DNA from: Oligoflexus sp.
Lineage (GTDB): Bacteria; Bdellovibrionota_B; Oligoflexia; Oligoflexales; Oligoflexaceae
NCBI GenBank assembly: GCA_041736305.1
Contig: JBGSTX010000085.1
Span: forward strand, 1-24,007
Reading direction: 5' to 3'
Length of the DNA: 24,007 nt
Position numbers and translations under genes: made by a program. This document shows, in pieces, positions 16,707 to 24,007 of the stretch. The notes below the pieces were generated by a model that was not told the origin of the DNA, ran no database searches, and saw nothing but the letters and a program-made list of their open reading frames with translations. How positions within the stretch are numbered: position 1 is the first letter of the stretch; every line of letters begins with the position of its first letter.

Positions 16707-18371
16707 TCACTTCGAGGCTCCAGGCACTTCGAAATCAGCATATTGCCAGGCCTTTTTGAGCTTTGCTTGAACGGCTTCGGCATCGCTGACAAAGCTCTGT
16801 TGCATAAGGCTTCTATAGAGCCCTGAAAGAGCCCAGCCGTTGGCCGGAAAATTCTTGAGATCTTCCCGAAAAACCACCTCAGCCCGCTGAGCTTGCTGGC
16901 TTATAAGTAAGGCTTCGCCAAGGTCGAGACGAACCGATTGATACCAGGCCGGCGGCTCGATGTAGATCAAGCTGTCCTGGAGGGCAACTGCTTTTTCAAA
17001 ATGCAGAATGGCTTTGGGTGCATCGCTCTCTGCAAGAGCCACAGCTCCAATCGCCTGCTCGACGCCGATGGCAATGACGCTCGCGACCGAGTTGAGACCC
17101 GCCAGATAATTGTTTTGAAAGCTAGGATCTTTGGCTAGCTTCTCTAGCTTGCTTAGCTCTACCTCCGCTTCGTGCTTAGCCCCTCGCGCTGCGTAGGCTA
17201 GCGTCCGTGCATATTGCCAAATCGCTCGCGCATAGAGGAGATGGGCCGGAGGTTCAGGCTCTGCTAAGAGCCGCGACCACTGTTTGAATCGCGCCAAGGC
17301 CCAGTAGGGCGTAGCCCAAAACTGCTGCATATCATACATCTGCGGCATATGCGGTAGGTGCGGCGCCACATAGTCTCGCAAGGCATAGGCTGTTTCGATA
17401 GCGAGACCGCTCCGTCCTTCGAGCGAGGCCGTTGCGATAAGAAAGTCGTAGTTGTGCGAGACATACATCATTTCGTAAAAGCTGCTCGTGTGGCATCCGG
17501 CTAGATAATTTTGGTCAGCTTCGATAGCCATCTGGTTGGACAAAGACCCATCGTGATAGCGTCCGACGCGAATATAGATATGCGAAGGCATGTGCTGCAT
17601 ATGTCCAGCAGCGGGCATGAGGTTTAGGAGTCGATCGGCAGCCGCGACAGCCAATTCGGGGCGAACGGCCTCAGCTATGTGAATCAGATAGTGGTTGGCT
17701 CCCGGGTGCAGGGGGTTTTTCTTTAGGACTTTTTCTAAGGTCTCCAGCATCCACGTGGTTTCGGGCTTAGGCTGACGATCAGCCGTCCAGTAGCTCCAGG
17801 GCATTGTGTCCATCATGGCTTCTACTGCGATCACGGCTGAATCCGGGTCGTTGGGATATTCCTCCGCAACTTTGCGCGTGGCTACCGCAAAGGCTTGATC
17901 AAGCGGCGCACGATTCTCAGGGGGTTGAGCCTGGTAGCGCTTCGCTAAGGCCTCAATGTAGGCTCTCTCGCGCGGGCTAGCCTGTGACAAGCGTGCCTTG
18001 GCTTGGTTTAAAGCAAGATACGCAGGAGCTACGGCTTCGGCGCTCATGGGTGCATTGATATTCGGCCCCAAGACAAACGCGATTCCCCAGTAGCAAATAG
18101 CACACTCAGGATCAGCTCTTGTCGCATCACGGAAAGCTCGTTCAGCTTCACCATGGTTGAATCCGTAGGCCCAATTCAGGCCTTCATTGAAATACTCTTG
18201 AGCTTTAGGAACTTGGCTAGAAATCTTAAATTCGTACGCACCCAGATCATACCTGCGCTCGGATGCGCAATTTTCAGGGCCTTGCGTTTCAGAACCTGCC
18301 ACAAGAGGCGGGAGCCCTAGTGAAAAGTAGAGGCCAAAACAGAAAGTAGCCATGACTGCACGAATCTGCAT
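16707..18371 (-). CDS. Exported TPR-repeat protein with conserved His motifs
   Basis: AQEYFNEGL..YGFNHGEA.RAF, HPGANHYLIH..E, GHMQHMPSHIY, YIEPPAWY, NGWALSGL; signal peptide from ATG 18371. Confidence 0.85.
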   Translation of the reverse strand: MQIRAVMATFCFGLYFSLGLPPLVAGSETQGPENCASERRYDLGAYEFKISSQVPKAQEYFNEGLNWAYGFNHGEAERAFRDATRADPECAICYWGIAFVLGPNINAPMSAEAVAPAYLALNQAKARLSQASPRERAYIEALAKRYQAQPPENRAPLDQAFAVATRKVAEEYPNDPDSAVIAVEAMMDTMPWSYWTADRQPKPETTWMLETLEKVLKKNPLHPGANHYLIHIAEAVRPELAVAAADRLLNLMPAAGHMQHMPSHIYIRVGRYHDGSLSNQMAIEADQNYLAGCHTSSFYEMMYVSHNYDFLIATASLEGRSGLAIETAYALRDYVAPHLPHMPQMYDMQQFWATPYWALARFKQWSRLLAEPEPPAHLLYARAIWQYARTLAYAARGAKHEAEVELSKLEKLAKDPSFQNNYLAGLNSVASVIAIGVEQAIGAVALAESDAPKAILHFEKAVALQDSLIYIEPPAWYQSVRLDLGEALLISQQAQRAEVVFREDLKNFPANGWALSGLYRSLMQQSFVSDAEAVQAKLKKAWQYADFEVPGASK

Positions 18372-18496
18372 AAGTTCTTCCCCCCGATTGATCGGCTTGA
18401 AAATGCTGTCTTCGGGGACAATACGAGTGCGCCCCGACTCTTGCAAACCCTCTGGGGCATCTTGATCGTTTTCTCAGATTTGCTGCAGGATATTGC

Positions 18497-18519
18497 GAGG
18501 TCCTAAAGTTGTGGACCTC
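18497..18519 (-). terminator. Stem-loop downstream of 18593..19084
   Basis: GAGGTCC-N9-GGACCTC; no U tract. Confidence 0.3.
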
Positions 18520-18592
18520 TTGCCCAAGCGTGAAGGGTTTTTTTCAGGCCGCCTAGAGAGTAAGGCAGGTGAGAACGAACTCAGCGAACTGG

Positions 18593-19084
18593 CTACTTCA
18601 GCTTCGACTGTACGACAGCCAAATGCGAGCTTAATTCCGTCAACTCAGCTAGAGCTTTGTTCATGACCTGACTGTCCTTTGATTTCAAAAGGATTAACAC
18701 GGTCGCTGGGTGAACAAGAAGATCCTTCGAGTGATGACAGAGAGGTGACGCTTTCGGAAGAGCGGCGTCGGCATGATAATCTTTTTCGATTTGTTCGAGC
18801 TTCATTTGCGGCATATTATCAGCCTCGGCAAGAGCTTTGCCCAGATATTCTTTGCACTCGCTATGCTTTTCTGCAAAGCGCTTGTTGAGACCTATTGAGA
18901 GCTTGACGAGATCCTGCATCTGCTCCTGCAGTTTTTGCTCGTTCTTCGAAGAATTGATTTCCGTCAGAGCTGATTGCAAGACTTCTCCATACTGCTTCGC
19001 TTCGATCTCTGCGTCGGTCTTTGCATATCCAGAACCCGCGACTCCGAGAGTGAGACTGAAAAAGACTAGGCTTGTACGTATCAC
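18593..19084 (-). CDS. Exported helical hypothetical protein with His/Cys motif
   Basis: RBS AGGAG before GTG, signal peptide, HSECKEYL, IEKDYHADAALP, LCHHSKDLLVHPATV. Confidence 0.8.
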   Translation of the reverse strand: MIRTSLVFFSLTLGVAGSGYAKTDAEIEAKQYGEVLQSALTEINSSKNEQKLQEQMQDLVKLSIGLNKRFAEKHSECKEYLGKALAEADNMPQMKLEQIEKDYHADAALPKASPLCHHSKDLLVHPATVLILLKSKDSQVMNKALAELTELSSHLAVVQSKLK

Positions 19085-19154
19085 CGAGTGACTCCTACAT
19101 GTGACCTGCGCCCAATGAGCAGCATAATATCTAAGTCCGTTTGAGGACTATTTT

Positions 19155-19184
19155 TTCATATTTTTATTGATAATGAAAGTCAAT
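19155..19184 (-). promoter_or_regulatory. sigma70-type promoter overlapped by a Fur-like box
   Basis: Minus strand TTGACT-N17-TATGAA (19183-19155); ATTGATAATGAAAGTCAAT (19166-19184) resembles the Fur 7-1-7 TGATAAT-N-ATTATCA. Confidence 0.6.
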
Positions 19185-19296
19185 GTTATTTCTTGGTGAG
19201 ATGAGTAACTATGGCATTATGGCAGCGCGAGGCGGGTGGCTCTTTACAGCGACGATCTGTGAGTCCACCCTCTGAGTAACAATTTTTCAGGGATTT

Positions 19297-19971
19297 TCAG
19301 GGATTTTCAGACATGTTCGGCATGATCTCACGGACGCGGCTGGGATTACCCTTCAGCGAGCGCCAGATGGCTTGATACTCCATGAGTCGCGCGCGGATAA
19401 ATCTGCTTTTTTCGTCTTCGATCCGCTCTTGGAGCTGACCCTCACAGAGGGCAGCTGTGTCGGCTATTTGCTTTAGACTTTCGCTGGTCAAAAGGTCTTT
19501 GAAACCAATCGTCAGACCGATGCGGATCACACTCTGTGGTTTGAGACCGCAAAATGAAGGGCCGGACGTGTAGCAGCTTGGGTGGGAGTCAAAAGCAAAG
19601 GCGCGCAGGGTCGAGCAGTCTTTGGGAGCATCGCTAGTGAAGAAGTAGTCTTCAAGCTCTTCTTGGAGACAGGTGCGGACCGAGTCCCGCCAGTCGTTGC
19701 CGGCGACGGGAAAGACGATGCGTTCATTGTTGGGGAAGGATGGAAAAAACTTGATGGCGCTGAACTTTTCGCAAAAGCGCTTACCATAGCCGAGAGCATA
19801 GCCAGTATCACCGCAGCTGAGTCGCTCCTCTTCAATACAACTGTAATATTCGCAGCTCCCGACGAGCTCACTGCAACGGTCAGCTGCTGCAGCGGGCATT
19901 GATGATAGTAAGGCGAAAATCGTGGGTAAAAGAAGGGGCCCCAGAAAAGCGAGGAAAGACTTAAATCTCAT
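19297..19971 (-). CDS. Exported stanniocalcin-like Cys-rich protein
   Basis: Signal peptide, C..Y.C.E....CG..GY..GYG..FC..F, W...VR.CLQ..L, C..L...AF.SH..CY....SFC.L; RBS AAAGGA before ATG 19971. Confidence 0.7.
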   Translation of the reverse strand: MRFKSFLAFLGPLLLPTIFALLSSMPAAAADRCSELVGSCEYYSCIEEERLSCGDTGYALGYGKRFCEKFSAIKFFPSFPNNERIVFPVAGNDWRDSVRTCLQEELEDYFFTSDAPKDCSTLRAFAFDSHPSCYTSGPSFCGLKPQSVIRIGLTIGFKDLLTSESLKQIADTAALCEGQLQERIEDEKSRFIRARLMEYQAIWRSLKGNPSRVREIMPNMSENP

Positions 19972-20256
19972 AAGCGAAGATCCTTTAGGAGGAAAATACT
20001 TGAGGGATCGGCTTACCTGATTTCTTAGCCCATGAAAACATGTAAACAAAAATTCACATCATATGAGGATCTTCACCATCAAAGTGCGCAGAGATACAGG
20101 GCACACCGCGGTCCCGCACCGTAAACTGGATCAAGTCATTGCAAGTTTTTTGATTGAGCTTGAAGAGAAGCGGATCTCCGCAGAGAAACCGCATCGACTT
20201 TAGCCTGAGATGCCTTGAAGGAGAGTCTAGCTATAAGCCGCAAGATTGATTCTTTC

Positions 20257-21048
20257 TTATATCGAGGGCCGCAATTTTATAGCTTTGGTAGCCATGTAAC
20301 AGTTGATAAAGCGATGGACGACGCCCTTATCCTCAGTCCAGTTATCCTCGAATAGCTTTGAGATAACTAATCCTGCCTCGATTTGCCCACCGAGCTGGTC
20401 TTCCAGAGAATGACCAAATTCAAGAGGATCACCGGGGTCGGTGTATCGTTTTCGTTCTTCGTCATTGAGACTTTCTAAATCAGAATAGGGAATTTTGTAC
20501 TTCATCTGGGCTATTCCCTTGGCACCCAGGACAGGATCCATCGTAAAGTAAACTGGATTCACAAAGCCTGCCAGCAAACACCCCCCGAATTCTAAGACTC
20601 TTGCGGCCTCCTTCCAAACAGGCTTGATATCGGGAACAAAAACATTCGAGCAGGGATGAAATATCAGATGGAAGGTCTCGTCTTGAAAACAGGAAAGATC
20701 CCTGATATCTCCTTCGATGGTCGACAGGCTGAGACCTTCACGATCCGCTACCATGCGATCCTGAGCAAGTTGGGCAGGTGAATTATCAAAGACAGTCACT
20801 TCGGCCCCAGCAGCCGCTAGAATCGGTCCTTGCTGTCCTCCGCCACCAGCGAGGCAAAGGACTTTCTTTCCCCGAATATCGGGAAACCAATCTCGCGGGA
20901 CGGGCTTTTGAGGCGTCAGCACAATGTTCCAATCACCAGCTCGTGCTCTTTCAATAAGATCAGGTGATACAGGACGAGTCCACTGGTCACCTTTCGCAAC
21001 TGCTCGGTTCCATGCATCTCGGTTATATTTTGTGATATCAAACTGCAT
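20257..21048 (-). CDS. Class I SAM-dependent methyltransferase
   Basis: VLCLAGGGGQQGPILAAAGA, VFDNS, GDIRDLS.F..ETF, HPCSN.FVPD, LEFGHSLEDQLGGQ. Confidence 0.92.
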   Translation of the reverse strand: MQFDITKYNRDAWNRAVAKGDQWTRPVSPDLIERARAGDWNIVLTPQKPVPRDWFPDIRGKKVLCLAGGGGQQGPILAAAGAEVTVFDNSPAQLAQDRMVADREGLSLSTIEGDIRDLSCFQDETFHLIFHPCSNVFVPDIKPVWKEAARVLEFGGCLLAGFVNPVYFTMDPVLGAKGIAQMKYKIPYSDLESLNDEERKRYTDPGDPLEFGHSLEDQLGGQIEAGLVISKLFEDNWTEDKGVVHRFINCYMATKAIKLRPSI

Positions 21049-21277
21049 TCTGACAGTCCTTTTGAGTCTAGCTGCAGATTAGGCAGCGCCTGCTTTAATA
21101 TTTTGGTGAAGCTTCTTTGCGCTGACGGCCAGACATTTTTGCCAGCCTCCTCTTTCCAAACGCAAGCATAGGTTCTAGGTACATCAGAAATGACAGATAA
21201 TCTCTGATTAAGTTTTTTTTCTGAATTTTTTTGACATTTTTTGTACAGATAAGTAGCAGGATTCGGGACCAAGAGCT

Positions 21278-22489
21278 TCAGGGAGCGAGCCTCAAACCCG
21301 CCAGGCTTTGCTCTATCGCCTCAAAGCTCGAAAGCCCGGGAGAGCAGCCCCCACTGTGGAGTCCTGCATGGAGCCCATAGTAGGTCAAGGGTTCAAGCTC
21401 GATAGGTCGCAGCGTGATAGCCCGTCCGCTAGCCAGTGACGCAACAAGATCAGCAGCTAGTCCAGAAATCTTAGCAAGGTTTAGCAGATCAATTTTTTCG
21501 AGCGAGTCTGTTGGCTGATGGTAATTCTCATGCACTCCGGTATGGAAAACGCCGGTGGGAATATTCAGCTGCTCGAAGGGCATATGATCCGAGCCCCCTC
21601 CGGTAGCCGCGTAATAACGCGGCGTGAGTCCGGTTTTGGGAATCAGCTCTTTGACCAGTCGATCGGCCTCGAGAGTCTTGCCGAAGCCGATGGCATCCAA
21701 AGCTCCCTTCGAATAGCCGACCATGTCCATATTCAGCATAAATTTTATCTGACTCAGCGGTACCGTAGGATTTCTCACGTAGTGGAGAGAGCCGAGGAGC
21801 CCTAGTTCCTCGCCAGAGAAAGCGATGAATATCACAGTTCTCTTCAGATCTTTTTCTACGCTCGCCAGAGCCTTGGCAGCGGCTATCAAAGCAGCGGTCC
21901 CCGACGCGTTATCATCAGCCCCAAAGTAGGTCTGACCGTTGCGGACCCCAAGATGGTCCATGTGAGCGCCAACGATGATCACTTCTTCACTATTGCCGGG
22001 TCCTAAGACGCCGATGATATTCTGGCTAGCAACAGTCCCCAGACTCTGGGAATTGGCAGTGAAACTCTGAAAATAACTGCCGCCCGTCCCGCCAGGCCGG
22101 AGGCCAATTTTGGTAAATTCTTGAGCGATTAATTCAGCGACCAGACGATTCTGTGGGCTCCCCGTAAGGCGTCCCGCGGCATCATTGCCAGCTATCTGAG
22201 TGAGGAAGCTAGAGATAAATTCCTGGTTTATTTTGCTCGACGGAGGCAGAGCAGGAGTTGGGGGATTCTTAGATCCAGTGAGAGGTTCTTCGCTGGCTTC
22301 TTGTTGGTCCTGCTCGGAGATTGGCTTCGTCGCGGATGAGGGAGCCTCATCTTGCGTGGCCACTTCCTGCTTAACAGAGGAGCGATGTACTGAGGAATCC
22401 TGCCCGCAACCCCCTAAGGTGAAAAGGAGGAGACACGACCAGAAGTTCCGCCCGGCCGCGTTTCGTCGCTGGAATATCCTGATCGTCAT
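21278..22489 (-). CDS. M28 family metallopeptidase, probable lipoprotein
   Basis: GAHMDHLG, GADDNASGT, FSGEELGLLGS, NMDMVG, SDHMPF, YHQPTD; lipobox LGGC; ATG 22489 preferred. Confidence 0.93.
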   Translation of the reverse strand: MTIRIFQRRNAAGRNFWSCLLLFTLGGCGQDSSVHRSSVKQEVATQDEAPSSATKPISEQDQQEASEEPLTGSKNPPTPALPPSSKINQEFISSFLTQIAGNDAAGRLTGSPQNRLVAELIAQEFTKIGLRPGGTGGSYFQSFTANSQSLGTVASQNIIGVLGPGNSEEVIIVGAHMDHLGVRNGQTYFGADDNASGTAALIAAAKALASVEKDLKRTVIFIAFSGEELGLLGSLHYVRNPTVPLSQIKFMLNMDMVGYSKGALDAIGFGKTLEADRLVKELIPKTGLTPRYYAATGGGSDHMPFEQLNIPTGVFHTGVHENYHQPTDSLEKIDLLNLAKISGLAADLVASLASGRAITLRPIELEPLTYYGLHAGLHSGGCSPGLSSFEAIEQSLAGLRLAP

Positions 22490-22640
22490 GCGCTGGCCTC
22501 TGCATGCTAAGGGTTCCATCAAGCGACCTCGTCTCTGATAGCTTCGCCTTTAACAGCTTAACATGCAATATCTGCGCCTTGGCTAAGTCCTCATGAATAG
22601 GGAACTTCGCCTGTCGAAAAGCTGATCTACGCATTTCATT

Positions 22641-22662
22641 TTGACAATTTACAGCCTGTCAA
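22641..22662. promoter_or_regulatory. Palindrome TTGACA-N10-TGTCAA
   Basis: Perfect inverted hexamers in the divergent M28/M15 intergenic region, each equal to a consensus -35 on its own strand. Confidence 0.4.
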
Positions 22663-22670
22663 TAAAGAGA

Positions 22671-22809
22671 GAGTCTCCCGTAAACACAGCACGGTCGGTG
22701 TTGGGAGCATCGGAAAGATAGACGGCGTAGCACATGCTTTCAGAGGTATGGCCAGGAGTATGCAGTACGCGGAAGCGTAGAAAGACTGAAATTAAGCAGA
22801 TTCAGACTC
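22671..22809 (+). ncRNA. Candidate structured ncRNA of unassigned family
   Basis: Nested stems GAGT/ACTC, CTCCC/GGGAG, AACAC/GTGTT, ATC-GGAAA-GAT, TTTCAG/CTGAAA and TACGC-GGAA-GCGTA. Confidence 0.4.
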
Positions 22810-23037
22810 AGCCTTTTCGCACGCGATCACAGCGATAACCAACGAAAAACTTGCAAGTCTGGCCATAGAGATGGATGAGCACTTTTTCGCATGGGTTTGA
22901 ATCCGTCTTTACAAGACGAGAGCAAAGGAATAGATCATCGTTAAATACCGCGCCCTCGAAGAGGCAGGCCCCTATGAATATCATATCGCCTTTAGAAGAC
23001 ATCTCTCGGCGTGGTCCTACCCGCAAAGGAGAAAACG

Positions 23038-23733
23038 ATGCGATCATTCAGCTTGGTATCTCTTGGCTCCGTCTCACCTGCCCATGTGCTTCTGCTTGGA
23101 TTAGCGCTAAACGCCTGCGGCTCCAGTGATACTGAGGACACTCAGCTCATGGCTCTCAGCCCACGAGCGATTGGCACATCCAGCAGTCAAACCCCTAGTT
23201 CGGGCATCTGTGATGGGATTGACTTTGGCTCCTTCGATTACGACTCTGTGAGCGATACCGAGATCAGCGTCAATTCAAATTGGAAGGAAGAGAATACGGT
23301 TGGTATTTGGTTTTTTGCCAGCGCCGGGAGCGGCACTCATGAAGTCAACGGTGTGAACTATCGGACTAGTGGACTGCGGGTTCATCGTAGGGCCTTTAAA
23401 CAGGGCTGCCAAGCTTTTCTGAAAGCCAGAGATATCTTAGCCAGCCGTCCAGATCTGATTCCTTTAGTGAAAACAGTCAGCGCTTTCAGGGAAACCATCT
23501 CTCGAGGTAGCGCGAATATTAGCAGTCATGCCTGGGGCCTAGCCATCGACATCAATAGCCAAGACTATCCATATGGTGTCGCAAACTCGGATCCGAACTC
23601 CGCAAACGCCATTCTCTGGCGCGAAGTATTCAGCAAAGCCGGTTTCCGTTGGGGTAATGACTTTCCGCAGGTTGGATCCAACGCGGATCCAATGCACTTC
23701 GAAATTCACGTAAAGAAGACCACCCAGCCTTAA
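23038..23733 (+). CDS. M15 family (D-Ala-D-Ala carboxypeptidase-like) metallopeptidase, probable lipoprotein
   Basis: RBS AAAGGAG before ATG 23038, lipobox-like LNAC, SSHAWGLAIDIN, GFRWG.DF, DPMHFE. Confidence 0.88.
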   Translation: MRSFSLVSLGSVSPAHVLLLGLALNACGSSDTEDTQLMALSPRAIGTSSSQTPSSGICDGIDFGSFDYDSVSDTEISVNSNWKEENTVGIWFFASAGSGTHEVNGVNYRTSGLRVHRRAFKQGCQAFLKARDILASRPDLIPLVKTVSAFRETISRGSANISSHAWGLAIDINSQDYPYGVANSDPNSANAILWREVFSKAGFRWGNDFPQVGSNADPMHFEIHVKKTTQP

Positions 23734-23734
23734 G

Positions 23735-23775
23735 AAAAAAGTAGAGTCGCCTGATCCACACGAACTCTATTTTTT
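23735..23775 (+). terminator. Probable intrinsic terminator of the M15 gene
   Basis: AAAAAAGTAGAGTCG...CGAACTCTATTTTTT immediately after the stop. Confidence 0.6.
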
Positions 23776-23888
23776 GTAGTTAGGATTTAAGAGCACGCAC
23801 TCGCATGACGGGAATGCTTCAAGTTCAATAGTCCTGACTACTTATTCGGGGGCATCGCTTCTTCGCAAGCGACTTCGCATCTTGGTTC

Positions 23889-24007
23889 GTCAACTACCCG
23901 CCCCTAAAGGGGCGAGCTTGTAAGGAGAAATCCAAGCAGTCTTCACGTTGACCCGACTCAGCAAGGGATTCATATCCCGAGCTATGTTAGGAGCAAATAC
24001 ATAGGTA
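23889..24007 (+). ncRNA. 5' portion of a HEARO/omega-RNA scaffold (IscB guide RNA), truncated by the window edge
   Basis: GTCAAC (23889) pairs with GTTGAC (23947); CGCCCC-TAAA-GGGGCG then AGCTTG; ACCCGACTCAG; GGGAT-TCAT-ATCCC; CTATGT/ACATAG then GTA. The order matches known HEARO/omega scaffolds. Confidence 0.85.
23889..24007 (+). mobile_element. 5' terminal part of an IS200/IS605-superfamily IscB element
   Basis: Begins GTCAAC; subterminal hairpin shares the CCCTAAAGG core with the hairpin at 96-115. Confidence 0.8.

Noticed and set aside
20916-21272. 118-aa ORF between the methyltransferase and M28 genes
   Set aside because: No motif or RBS, crosses homopolymer-rich intergenic DNA and overlaps the methyltransferase by 133 nt.
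22742-22791. AGAGGT...AGTA...GAAAG, reminiscent of a lysine riboswitch
   Set aside because: The P2 arm is far too short, later conserved elements are missing, and no lysine gene is adjacent.
22808-23129. ORFs 22808..23047 (-) and 22875..23129 (+)
   Set aside because: They overlap the M15 start out of frame or antisense, with no motifs or convincing RBS.
1-24007. Window as a circular replicon carrying one IscB element
   Set aside because: No rep, par or phage genes. The implied empty junction (CTTGGTTC|ATGAAG) gives the LLM gene no RBS. Two separate copies are more parsimonious, though a circle is not excluded.
1-24007. CRISPR array, tRNA, rRNA or integron attC array
   Set aside because: No regularly spaced repeats, cloverleafs or recurring attC core sites were seen by eye.

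Overview
A mosaic accessory region of roughly 50% GC with about 22 plausible genes. Many encode exported proteins or lipoproteins. A TIGR02147/DUF4423 gene and this secretome style suggest Oligoflexia/Bdellovibrionota (inference). Recognisable genes: LLM oxidoreductase, a rhodanese-pstS-pstC-pstA-pstB-like operon, an AbgT transporter, S9, M28 and M15 peptidases, TIMP-like and stanniocalcin-like exported Cys-rich proteins, DUF1801, DUF2784, a cupin, a TPR protein, a SAM methyltransferase and a truncated lipase. The strongest signals are absent from the ORF track. (1) Both window ends are pieces of an IS200/IS605-type IscB (OMEGA) element. At 1-136 lie the iscB C-terminus and terminal hairpin, abutting the ATGA that starts the LLM gene. 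At 23889-24007 lies the 5' part of a HEARO/omega-RNA scaffold with its flanking guide. (2) The Pst-like ABC importer has a binding protein lacking the canonical phosphate motif and is headed by an exported sulfurtransferase. (3) There is an orphan, multi-stem ncRNA candidate at 22671-22809. (4) A Fur-like box overlaps a promoter for an uncharacterised His/Cys-motif exported protein. All family assignments come from motif recognition by eye; no searches were run.
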